The position numbers and the translations under genes were made by a program. From assembly GCF_000143415.4 (NCBI RefSeq), contig NW_003314322.1, positions 807,430-871,429 of the forward strand: 64,000 bases of DNA, in the 5' to 3' direction. Below, piece after piece: positions 50,390 through 61,730 of this stretch (its first letter is position 1; every line of letters begins with the position of its first letter). The notes beneath the pieces are model-generated. The model saw only the letters and a program-made list of their open reading frames with translations, did not search any database and was not told the DNA's origin. Origin of the DNA: Selaginella moellendorffii. Taxonomy: Eukaryota; Plantae; Lycopodiophyta.

Positions 50390-50560
50390 TCCAGTGACTC
50401 TTGGAGATGGCTGCAAGCATTGTTCCCCAGGCCACCACGTCCTCATCCGATCAAAGTCTCTCCCAGATCGTTAAGATGACGACGATCCCATGCGAGCCCG
50501 GGCTTCTTCCACTCGCCCGATCTGCGCATAGCCAGTGATCGTCATGTCAGATGAGCTGCA
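50390..50560 (-). pseudogene. PPR gene fragment
   Basis: The minus strand gives MTITGYAQIGRVEEARA and FDRM..DVVAWGTMLAA in broken frames. Confidence 0.55.
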
Positions 50561-50615
50561 CAGCCTCCTGTGAAATCCTCCGCTATCCATGGCTTCGCGC
50601 TGCTCGTAGCTGGAA

Positions 50616-50926
50616 TACTTGCATCCGAACATTCGAACGCAACCGGATTCGAACGGGTATCGAACGTTTAATACCCGTTTAGCTTTTTTTCGAACGGGTA
50701 TAATGGTTTTCAGTTTTTTTCGAACCTTGATTTTACAGTTTTTTTCGAACCCTGATTTTTTTTTTCGAACCCTGATTTTACATGAACCCTAATCCTAAGT
50801 AAAAGAAAGCATATTCTTTAGGGTTTTTAAAAATATTCTTGGCGTTTAAACGTTGTTTTAAACGCCATATTATACGTGCGTTTTAAACGGCGTTTTTTAT
50901 TAATCGTACCTGTTCGAATGCAAGTA
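50616..50926. mobile_element. MITE (~310 bp) with terminal inverted repeats and TA flanks (Tc1/mariner-Stowaway-like)
   Basis: Left atacttgcatccgaaca (50615-31) and right tgttcgaatgcaagtat (50911-27) are 16/17 inverted-identical. TA lies at both ends. Many internal ttcgaac and tttttcgaacc.tgatttt repeats. Confidence 0.85.
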
Positions 50927-51049
50927 TCAGACTGAGTGGAGATCATCCCGGTCCAAGACAACGAGCATATATGGTGATCGTGGCAGTCCACTGGCTGGGC
51001 GCCTTTGTTTAAGAATGTTCTTGCTTTTTGAGTCAGAATATTTCAACGT

Positions 51050-54000
51050 CGTCTAAATGATGTCATTAGAAGGCATGTGCTGTGAGCATTAGGTGCCAGG
51101 TTATGACATTCCTGTGGGAGATTCAATGAGTAAACTTTCTTGCATTGGTAATGTTTTGCAAAGAGATCTTCTTTCTAGTGAGCCATTTCATTAAGTTTTT
51201 ATTTTGGCGTCCAACCCTAAGTTATTTCATAAATTTAATTTAGGTATTGTCTATGTTAATCTCAGGGTTTCGACAACACTTGACATTTATAAAATGAAAT
51301 GTATATATAAATTATCTAAATCATATATTATTTAAATGTCATGTCAGGCCTTGGTTTCCTTGGTTTCCTTGGTTTCCTTGGTTTCTCACATCCATTGGTG
51401 TGGCAACTAAACCACCATCCTAGCGAGAAAAAAGGCTTTTATAGCATCACTATAGAAAAATCAAAGCAATAGCCAAGGCATGTTAGAAATTGTCACCATC
51501 CTTGTAGCCACTCAGTGTCCATATTGGTTCCCTTTACAATTTGAGTTAGGTCTTCATGATCAAAAAGTTCTTTTCAACGTATTAATCTCATTGGGGAATT
51601 GTACTATTAATGCTTTGCATGGCTAACTGTTCCTTTAATAGAATTGATATCAACTTTATTTTTTGAATTTGAATCCCATTTAAATTGGCCTTTAAATCCC
51701 ACCTTGAAATACAATATGTTTTGGAAGGATGACGGGTGTACAAATCTTATAGGTGGTGGTCAAAACATAGAGTTGGACAGTTATCTTTACTTTGATGAAG
51801 ATATATATTACAAAGTGACTAGAAAATTCAGTAAACATGGTTTGACAATTGAAGTTAGTGACTTATGGGAATTTTATCTCAAGTAAATTAGATAATTATT
51901 CTATTTCTAGTAAATTAAACATTTTAGCCATTTTGTAACATTTTCCATCAAAATCCATTATAAATGACTATCCATCTCCATGTTATTTAAATTTGGATAA
52001 TCATCTCTACTTTTGGAGATACATGTTATAAAATGGCTAGTAAACATGGTTTGAAAACAAAAGCTAGTTATCTCAAAACCTTATTAAATAATTATTCTAT
52101 TTTTTGAAAATTATTTAGGTTTATTCTAGGATATTTCTTAATCTAACAACTATGATTTTTTATCCTTAAAATTTCTCTCATTCATTTATAATCAATTTTA
52201 AGTTTTATTTTTCTGTACTTATACTAATTTTAATCATGTTTACATTTTCTAAATATCAAAACTGAATTGAGCGCTGTGAACAACATTGGTTTCCACCTCT
52301 CCCCACCCCAAGCCGAGAAAGAAGTGGTGGGGTTTCCCAAACCACCACACTCACTGCACTCTCCATAAAAACTATGCATAAAGAATAAAGATTAAAATCT
52401 TAGGCTAATGATTTTTCATTCTTGTGTTTTTCTAAGAAAGTGTCAACTCATTATTTCTATATAATAAAAATAATTTTTTTATAATGCAAGATATAGGATA
52501 ATATGGTGTCAATCTTCACTATCTTCTTGTTTAAAACTTAATAATCCATGCACATCTATATTGAACCTTTTTTTTTTTTTTGACAAGAAAAACAAGAGCA
52601 CTGAAAGAAGATTTATTAGGCTTGATAAACCCATAGAAATAAAGAAAGAAAGAAAAAAGAAAAATATAAAAGAGAAAAGAGAGAGTGAGGTTAAAATCTA
52701 AATAAAATGAATCCCAACCTATATAACTTTATACTATAATTACTTTTAGATAGAGCAATTTTAAATTTAAATGAAATAAGAGAAGAGATGATGCATTGCT
52801 TAAGGATGTAAGCGGGTGAATGGAAGGTGAGAGGATTGCTCAATCAATGATATAATGTGCAATTTATAAAAGTGTAAAAGATAATGCATAAAATTTTATT
52901 CAGAACATGTGTAAAACTTTTATAAATTTATGTAGGACAACCACCTTCATGCCAATACCAATGGCCCCTCTCATGGCTTGGATGAGGCCATCTATAATCT
53001 CATAAACCCAATATTTTGGCATATCAGTAAAACATTCTTTAAAGCACTATATTATTATCTTTTTTAATTGATCTTTAGACAGCACTATAAGAAGTATGCA
53101 CCCCTTACTTGTGCCATTACTAAATCTAAATGTCTTTACATGCAAGGGGTTAATCCTTGAAGCAAATATCATTTCCTTCTTAATTTCTTCTAGCTTGAGC
53201 TGTTTGTTGGCTTAATTGATGGATTTTTTCTAAGCAACCTCCCAAGCTCTAGACAAAATTTATGAATGGAATGGTTGAATCTCAAGGCCATTATGATGGG
53301 AGCTCAAAATATAATTTGAGGATCATGATCTTATGTTTCCTCAAATACAATAGAGACCATCTCTCTTCAATAAACATCAATATTTCCTTCTCACTGCCTA
53401 AGACCAAGAATTAAGTGGCTCTACTCAAATGAATTGAGGAGTGGAAGTAGGAACTTTTTGACAGATCTTGATATAAATTTACAAAGAGACTGTGCCCAAG
53501 ATCATAATATGTTTGATAAGAGTTCTTGGGAAGAATATAATAATCTACAAAGCTTCACTTGCTCTATAAAATTAAAGCTCTAAAGTGGCCTTTTCTTCAC
53601 ATATCCCAAGCTCCCCTAGGTAAAATCTTTTTTAAAGAATGAATTAAATAAATGGCTCTAGCATCATCAGATAATTACTAATGGATTTTTACCACATGTC
53701 TAATTTATTATTTGTAAATTTTACACATGACTTTTTCATGCTTTGTAAATTTTCTGCCATAAATGACCAACTGAAGAGTCACAAACAGCCATCTATATAA
53801 TCTTTATAGTAGTATCAAAGAAAAGGTGGTGGATTATCTACACAAAAAATTACCACTTACTGAAAAAGGTGGAATGGGATTGAAGCCACTCTATTAAAAA
53901 GTCTTAAATACCTCTTTACATAAAGCCTAACTAGCCACTAAAAGTCTTAATTTGTCACTAAGTTGAAATTGATGTGTTGATCTAATCAAAATTGTAACAT

Positions 54001-55260
54001 GTAAATGATAATGGAAAATGTTGAGGCCAACTATAATGTTATGGAAAAACATGGAGTTATATTTATGGGAAACATTGTAAAAAATGATTAAAAGCAATAA
54101 TAGTGATTATAAATGATGAAAAAGAATGCTAAGAAGATAGTATTAAAAGTGATAAAAGGTAAAATTTAAAACCTTCAACATGATCTAGAAAACTCAAAAC
54201 TTACTGTTTGTTGAGATAAAGTAGTATGAGGTTGAGAACTATAGTCTAAGAACACTCTTATAGCTATATGACCTAAAAAGAGAAACATAAAAATAAGATG
54301 AGAAGACTAAAACATAAAAAGAAAAATAAAAATTAATAAAGAAAGAAAAAAATGTTCAATGCAGAATGGCTTGAGGTGATAATGGTGCATAAAAAAGATT
54401 ATATCCTACCTGAAAGGGCATTGTTGCAAGGCATGCATAAATCACTAAGAAAAAAGAAATATATGTATTAAGTGGTACTGATGTGAATGACCAAGACTTA
54501 GTGACTAGAAAAAAAATTCTATTTCATGTAGAGACAACAAAAAAATGGTTGCTCTTCAAAATTGCCACTTTATAAAATATTTACTTACATCAACTTAAAA
54601 TTGACATGAAACATGTCTAATATCTCAATCAATAAATACAAAGTGTGTAAAAAAATATCTTAAAGATTGCCATAGAGATATAGTGCAAAAATAATTGATA
54701 GAAAAATTGTTGTAAGAGAAAACTTATTTATTACACCAAATACTAAGAAACAAAATTCAAAGTTTTTAATTTTTTCTATAGCCTCCTCAAAGTTAATATG
54801 AAGCTCCTTATTCTCCTTTGTAAAACTGAAAACATAGCTAAATCAACTAACACCTCCAACTACTTCATATCATGTATTTGTAGAATTTAAGGATAACTTC
54901 TGACAAATTGATCTTGACTAGATATGACTTGACATGAGAGTCTAAAAATCTTGTCTAGTTAGATTGCAAAAACAAGACACTATTACAATCTACCACCTTA
55001 GTCTCTAGCAATTATGCAAGTGATAGAATCTCTCAGTCTAGTAGAGAATTCAAATGAATATAAAGCTTTAAAATAAAACTTTTGGAATCATGAAAGTGAA
55101 AAGAGATTAATAACTCTAAAATGGTTCTAAAAAAGAGGATTATTGAAAAGGGGACATAAATGAATGGAATAGGATATCCAGCTTGGGTATTTCAAAGTAT
55201 ATCTAGGAATATCCCTAAAATCATACTTCAATATGAACCTAGGAAGAAATCGCAAATAAA
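51050..55260. other. AT-rich, CpG-poor decayed island, probably TE-derived; includes a (ccttggttt)x4 minisatellite at 51349-51386
   Basis: No convincing ORF; strong AT bias; local direct and inverted repeats at 51830-52105. Confidence 0.5.
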
Positions 55261-55297
55261 TCCTATATGAGCCTTCTTGAGTTTGGGCTTCTCACGC

Positions 55298-55560
55298 TGC
55301 AGCTTGCGTCTCTGTCGTCCAACACAACTGGCTTCTTCAGAGTTACGTTGGATTTGTCTTAACTCTTATCAGGTTTTAATTCTCTCGAGACAGATGTACT
55401 GTGGACCTCAGCTTCTCAAAACAACCAAAGCAAGCTAAGTGGCGAGAGTATACACTCTTGATGGAATCAGTGGCCACAATGCTGGAATTGTCGCCGGCGG
55501 CGGAATGCGCAGGGATGGGGAGAAGGATAGAGCATCCGCGCCACACGGGAGCAACACGAT
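55298..55560 (-). pseudogene. Scrambled relic of uricase exons 1-3 directly upstream of DEG5
   Basis: 55441-55560 matches uricase 49852-49867 joined to 49939-50080, with deletions. 55298-55331 is an inverted piece of uricase 49680-49712. Confidence 0.85.
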
Positions 55561-55575
55561 CAAAACCCCTAAAAC

Positions 55576-56854
55576 ATGGGGCATCTCAGTGTGACTGTCT
55601 TGGCCCAGCAGCCATCGAAAGTGGCGATGCTGCCCACAAAGTCTGGATTCGTGGCCAGGCGATCGCTGTTGATGGGCTCTCTCGCAATGCTCCAAGTGGC
55701 GAACCCACGACGCGCATTTGGGAGAAACGCGAGAGACAATCGCGATGAGGACCAAGAGTTTGAGATAAGAACCATGCAGCTGTTTGAGGTAGCCTATCTT
55801 CTTTCTTGATCTTCCTTTTGTATTGACAAGGATGTTTCTAGCAATTCCAATGCGTAGAGCACAACGCGCTCAGTCGTCGCGATCCAAGATTTGGACCTCT
55901 CGAGCAATGTCGCAGCAGTGGACATGGACGATGGTGAGATCCAAGGCATTGGCTCCGGATTTGTGTGGGATCGATTCGGCCACATTGTGACAAATTATCA
56001 CGTTATCTCGAAGATAGCTAAGGATACGAGCGGCAAGAAACAGATAAAGGTCTCTTTCTTTTTTTCTTCTTTTGTGGCTACAAAGTCGTGTATGATCGAT
56101 CACAGGTGGTATTGCTGGCTTTGAATGGAGACGTCGATTCTTACAATGCAGCTATCATCGGTCTCGATCCTTCTCGTGATCTCGCAGTTCTCAAGGTACA
56201 GGAAAATCTTTTCCACTGGTTGTTTACAGTCTTCTTCTCTTGGGTGTTTCAGATTGAAGTTCCAGAATCCAGTGTGTTGCGTCCAGCAGTGATAGGAAGC
56301 TCCAAAGATCTTAGAGTCGGCCAAAATTGCTACGCGATAGGAAATCCTTACGGATACGAGCACACCCTCACTACTGGAGTACGCAAAACCTTCTCTTTTC
56401 TTGCTTCACGTAGCTTTGTTCTTCGCAGGTAGTCAGTGGATTGTGCAGACAAATTCCTTCACCCTCTGGCAAACCGATCTTCGGTGCCATACAAACTGAT
56501 GCATCGATAAATGCGGGTATAATACATCGAGTGATTAGCTTTGGAAGAACTAGAACTAAAAAGACGATCTTGCAGGGAACTCTGGAGGACCATTGCTCGA
56601 TTCATTCGGACGAGTCATCGGTATCAACACCGCAACCTTCACCCGGCGAGGTAGGCATAGTTTTCTTTCTCATTCTCACACAAACATTCTCTCAAATTCC
56701 AGGCTCGGGAACGTCCTCCGGTGTGAATTTCGCAGTGGCGATCGATCTGGTGAGGCAAGTCGTGCCCCATTTGATCGTGGAAGGCGCGGTGAGCTCTAGC
56801 AGATCAGTGGAGCGAGGTGTTCTTGGGCCTCCCAGATACCTCTCGCTTCCATGA
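55576..56854 (+). CDS. DEG5: Thylakoid-lumen Deg/HtrA protease without PDZ domain (DEG5), about 7 exons
   Basis: Twin-Arg RRSLL signal; [18 protein letters not shown] (His), DLAVLK (Asp), [34 protein letters not shown] (Ser), [10 protein letters not shown]; no PDZ domain. Confidence 0.93.
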
Positions 56855-56920
56855 AAAAAATCCAAGTTCCTATAGACGCAAAACCCTAAGAACTAGGGTT
56901 TAGGGCTTTTGGGGTTCTCG

Positions 56921-57898
56921 ATGATGAGGCGCGCGTGGAGGAATCGCTGCCCCGCCCGGCGCTGCTACGAGAATGGAGGTATTCCTTCCAGGTCCTTGCA
57001 CGGCGCGGCGAGGCGCGGCCCCTACGATGATGGCGGCGGCGCCGACGCGGCCCCGGCGCCATCGGCCAAGGTGCTCAAGATCGTCGAGGACATCGCCAAT
57101 CTCACGCTGCTCGAGGCGGCCGACATGTCGCTGCTGCTCAAGAAGAGGCTGCGCATCCAAAACGTGCCCGTCATGTCCATGGGGATGAATGTGATGCACG
57201 ATATGTGGTATGATCCTTTGCCGCTCCCCGCCGCCGGTCCTCCGCCGCCTCCTCTTCCGCGGCGTTCCCTCGGCGGCAGCCAGAGGGTTCTTCCGGAAGA
57301 GATCCATCTCCAGCACGGGCTCTTGCGCAGTCCAAGTGGTGCCGCCGCCACCGCCGCGAGCTCCTCCTCTTCGCGGTCGGTCCATGCAGCGATCAGCGAG
57401 AGTGACAAGTATCTCTATCAACTCCCCTCGGCGTCGTCGGACACGGACTCCTACGACAACGAGCTGGACGATCGCGACCACGATCGCGACGTCGATCGCG
57501 ACGACGACGACAAGTTTGGCACCGGCGTGGAAGAAGAGGATCGTTGGGACGATGACGAGGTGACAATGCCTCGAGCGAAGAGTTTGAGCAAGGCGCAAGG
57601 TGATGGAGCACAGACTGTTGCTGCAGCAAAGAAGGCCGCGACGCCGACGAAGAAGAAGGCTCCAGTGGCGAAAGCCACAGCAAGCAATGGAGCTCCCGAT
57701 GGATCGCCCGCTCCCGCGGCCGCCATCAAGAAGAGAGGTGGCCGGAGACCAAAGGCCAACGAGGGAGCTGTGCCGTCTTTCACAGCGCCAGCGCCGGACC
57801 CCCCGCCGCCTGCGAAGAAACCAGCGGCGGCGACGAAAGCAAAGGCGAGAGCTTCGACCACCAAACCGGCTGCTGCCGCTGCAAAGGCTGCTGCGTGA
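56921..57898 (+). CDS. Organelle-targeted protein with a ribosomal L7/L12 N-terminal dimerisation domain followed by Pro-rich, acidic and Ala/Lys/Pro-rich tracts
   Basis: Arg-rich presequence; KVLKIVEDIANLTLLEAADMSLLLKKRLRIQNVPVMSMG resembles L12_N; no L12 C-terminal domain; intronless 325 aa. Telo-boxes (aaaccctaa / tagggttt) at 56881-56901. Confidence 0.7.
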   Translation: MMRRAWRNRCPARRCYENGGIPSRSLHGAARRGPYDDGGGADAAPAPSAKVLKIVEDIANLTLLEAADMSLLLKKRLRIQNVPVMSMGMNVMHDMWYDPLPLPAAGPPPPPLPRRSLGGSQRVLPEEIHLQHGLLRSPSGAAATAASSSSSRSVHAAISESDKYLYQLPSASSDTDSYDNELDDRDHDRDVDRDDDDKFGTGVEEEDRWDDDEVTMPRAKSLSKAQGDGAQTVAAAKKAATPTKKKAPVAKATASNGAPDGSPAPAAAIKKRGGRRPKANEGAVPSFTAPAPDPPPPAKKPAAATKAKARASTTKPAAAAAKAAA

Positions 57899-59155
57899 GA
57901 TCGATCGATCGATCGAGCAGGACGAGGGGAATCAAAGAGCTGATGAAACAACAAACTCTGAAAAGGAACTTCCGACACACAGGTTCCAAAATCGTATCGT
58001 CGTTTATCTTCGTTTTTTCGCTTTGCTTTGGTCCACTTTCAGGGAATGAAGAGGCACAAAGTCTCTTCACCTTTTTGCTTTCTTGGAAGGTCCTCTAAAG
58101 TTTGACAACAGGGATCCTTCCTTCAAGCTTGCCAAAAGAAAATGCGAGAGTACTTTTGCAAAAGATAACTCTCATGCAAGTTTATAATCTAGTGTCAACT
58201 TTTGGCAATTGCCCTTTCCCGGCATGTGGCGCTACAAGAGAATTCCGCTCTATTCCAACTCACGCCTGTAAGGCCACAGCCTTATAAAACTATTCCCGAT
58301 GAAGAATGGAAAGATAATCGCTTTGGTTCTCCATGATCATCGCAACATGCCTGACCAAAATTATACCTTGCGTGGAGTGTAGCGCATTCCATCCCACCAA
58401 AGTAATCAATCATGGGATACCACAAGATTTCTAAATGCTATAGTTTCACTATCAATCTAAACATCACATGGTTTGCTTGCTTCACGCTACATCCCAGCCG
58501 TCGATTCCAGAAGCCCACCAAACGCTTTTAACACCTTGTCGTCGTTACCCTTTTTGTACGCACTCATTAACATGGACGTTAGGCGCATATGCCGCGATAT
58601 ATTCTCCGCCGCAATATCCCATTGACGGCGCTGGGCATATTCCGTGTGTGTGGTTTAGTGCTCGTGAGAGGGGGAGGACCACCCTGCCCGCGAGCGCCCG
58701 CGGGGACCGAGACGATGATGAGCGCTGCGCCGCCAGGTATGATCTCTGCTCAATCTGGCGCTGGCTCCAGCTCCACTAGCCGCGCTGGAGCGATTTCCAG
58801 CAATGCCTAGGTCTCCCAGCGTCGATTCTTGCTGCTCTTGGGATATTTCATCGCGTTGTGCTCGGCCAATGCGCCGGAGCTGCGCAAATTGCCCCGGAGC
58901 TCGGGATTTTTCTCTGCTGTGTGGCTGGATCTTTGGGAGGCTTGTGTGGAATCGTGTGAGCATTGCAATGCCTTGCGTGTGAACGAGAGATTTCTTGCAA
59001 GCCAGTTGTAGGTAGTTTTTACATCGTTTTTTCTTCCTCTGCTGGATCTTGACCTTCGTTATTTTTTTGCCATTGCATAGAGAGAAGAACTGGCAACTGG
59101 CACAAAGTGGTGATCCCAATGCGCTGCGCTTAACACGAGGAGGACGAAGAATAAG

Positions 59156-61113
59156 ATGGAAAGAAATCGCTGCGCACTTCTAATCGTCCTGGCAGTTCTG
59201 GCAATGCCCGGTGGTGGTAACGCGGACGATAAAGACGTGCTCATGGCATTCAAGGCTTCGGCAGATGTGTCGAACAGGCTAACGAGCTGGGGGAACGGAG
59301 ATCCTTGCAGCGGCAATTGGACTGGTGTAAAGTGCGTGCAAGGACGGATTCGCTATCTCATCCTCGAAGGCTTGGAGCTGGCCGGATCAATGCAAGCGCT
59401 CACCGCACTCCAGGACCTCCGCATTGTCAGCCTCAAGGGGAACTCTCTCAACGGCACTCTTCCGGATCTCACGAACTGGAGATACTTGTGGAGCTTGTAT
59501 CTTCACCACAACAACTTTAGCGGCGAGCTTCCACCCAGCCTGTCCAACCTCGTACATCTTTGGCGGCTCAATCTCTCCTTCAACGGCTTCTCCGGACAGA
59601 TACCGCCATGGATCAACTCCTCGCGGCGGTTGCTCACTTTGAGGCTCGAGAACAACCAGTTCTCGGGGGCTATTCCGGATCTCCGGCTCGTCAACCTCAC
59701 GGAGTTTAACGTTGCCAACAATCGGCTGAGTGGAGAGATCCCACCGTCGCTCAGGAACTTCTCAGGCACTGCGTTTCTGGGGAATCCATTCTTATGTGGT
59801 GGCCCTCTGGCGGCATGCACGGTGATACCCGCGACACCGGCACCTTCTCCGGCAGTGGAGAATATAATCCCGGCCACACCGACGTCCAGACCAAACGAGG
59901 GAAGAAGAACGAGGAGCCGACTTGGGACAGGGGCCATCATCGCCATTGTCGTTGGTGATGCGGCGGTTCTCGCCTTGATCGCTCTGGTTTTCCTGTTTTT
60001 CTACTGGAAACGCTATCAACACATGGCGGTGCCTTCTCCAAAGACCATCGACGAGAAAACGGATTTTCCAGCGTCACAATACTCGGCTCAGGTGCCGGAA
60101 GCGGAGAGAAGCAAGCTGGTATTTGTCGACTCCAAAGCCGTGGGCTTCGACCTGGAAGATCTCCTGCGAGCTTCTGCCGAGATGCTGGGAAAAGGAAGCT
60201 TTGGAACGGCATACAAGGCTGTGCTCGAGGACGGAACAATAGTTGCGGTGAAGCGGCTCAAGGACATTACAATATCTGGAAGGAAAGAGTTTGAGCAACA
60301 TATGGAGTTGATCGCAAAGTTTCGACACCCCAACGTGGTTAAGCTCATCGCATACTATTACGCCAAGGAAGAAAAGCTCCTGGTGTACGACTTCATGCCC
60401 AACGGGAACCTGTACACGCTTCTTCACGGTATGTTTGTCATTGTTTACAAATTCCTAGCTCATCGACTGCTCTTGCAGGTAACAGAGGTCCCGGAAGGAA
60501 ACCCCTGGACTGGACAACGCGCGTTAAGATCGCTCTGGGTGCGGCTAAGGGCCTGGCCTTCATACACCGTCAGCCAGGCGCTCAAAAAATACCGCACGGA
60601 AACATCAAGTCTTCGAACGTGCTTCTCGACAAAGATGGCAACGCTTGCATTGCAGACTTCGGCCTAGCGCTGCTCATGAACACGGCAGCGGCTTCTCGTC
60701 TAGTAGGCTACAGAGCTCCCGAGCACGCAGAGTCAAAGAAGATATCTTTCAAGGGGGACGTCTACAGCTTCGGGGTCTTGCTCTTGGAGCTCCTAACTGG
60801 GAAGGCGCCGGCACAGTCACATACTACGCAGGGGGAGAACATCGATCTTCCACGCTGGGTACAGTCCGTGGTTCGGGAGGAGTGGACTGCCGAAGTCTTC
60901 GACATCGAGCTCATGAAATACAAGAACATCGAAGAGGAGATGGTGGCCATGCTACAGGTTGGGATGGTTTGCGTCTCGCAGTCGCCGGACGATCGGCCAA
61001 AGATGAGCCAGGTTGTGAAGATGATCGAGGATATAAGAGCCGATCAATCTCCAGTGGCCGGGGACTCGACTTCGCAGTCACGCTCTGGATCTCCCTCGGA
61101 CGCAAGCCATTGA
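59156..61113 (+). CDS. LRR-III receptor-like kinase (RLK902/PXC1-like, atypical kinase), 2 coding exons
   Basis: Signal peptide, about 5 LRRs, TM helix, [27 protein letters not shown], intron 60429-60478, [32 protein letters not shown]. Confidence 0.95.
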
Positions 61114-61651
61114 CTGGATGAAACATTTATTTCTACTATACTGGTACGTTTTTCTCATTGTTTTTCTACTTTGGAAGTCCTGATCTCTTCTCTTCGCTGG
61201 CGCAGGGTTCTCTGCGACTTATTCATTCGTGGAAGCTCTGCTAAGTGCATTACATCTATTCACAGGAAAGTCTCAATAACAGATTGGGCTCTCATTATTT
61301 CTCCAGCTTATATTGACAGAGCTTCGCTATAAACTTCCAAGTAAACGAATCCAAATGGATTTTTTGTTTCTGATTTGGTTGCTATTACTCTCGAGTTTCT
61401 ACAGCGTAGATCACTGTCTCTTAAAAACGCAGGCGCGAGTCCTTTCCACCCAGGCAAGGAAGAATTTATTTTTTCCTCGCAGAAAAAGAGATAGCCTAGC
61501 TAACCAGCCGAGTCGAGCCAAGCCGACTTTTCCTTTTTCTGTGCCAGCAGCTAGCTGATGTGCTCAAAACAACAACACCCAAGAAAAAAGCAAAAAAAAC
61601 GAAATGGAGATGATTTCGACACGAAGTTCCTTGCTTGGCTTTCACTTGGAC

Positions 61652-61730
61652 TGACTGGACTAGTGAGTCAACGCCGGGGCTGACTAAGGCCGTGAACTGA
61701 CTAAGTTGACTAGAATTGACTGATCTGACT
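61652..61730. promoter_or_regulatory. Dense TGACT / W-box cluster
   Basis: Seven TGACT cores in 80 bp, three of them full TTGACT (61666 minus, 61706, 61716). More W-boxes at about 61963, 62126, 62152 and 62169. Confidence 0.5.

Noticed and set aside
52800-53950. LINE reverse-transcriptase remnant
   Set aside because: Only vague similarity; I could not read any diagnostic motif.
55441-55470. Processed (retro) origin of the uricase relic because intron 1 is missing
   Set aside because: The junction also lacks about 5 nt of exon 1, and the relic has other deletions and an inversion and retains the genomic UOX-DEG5 junction. A DNA-level deletion is more likely.
60590-60620. HGN instead of HRD in the LRR-RLK as a novelty
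   Set aside because: This is typical of LRR-III atypical kinases.
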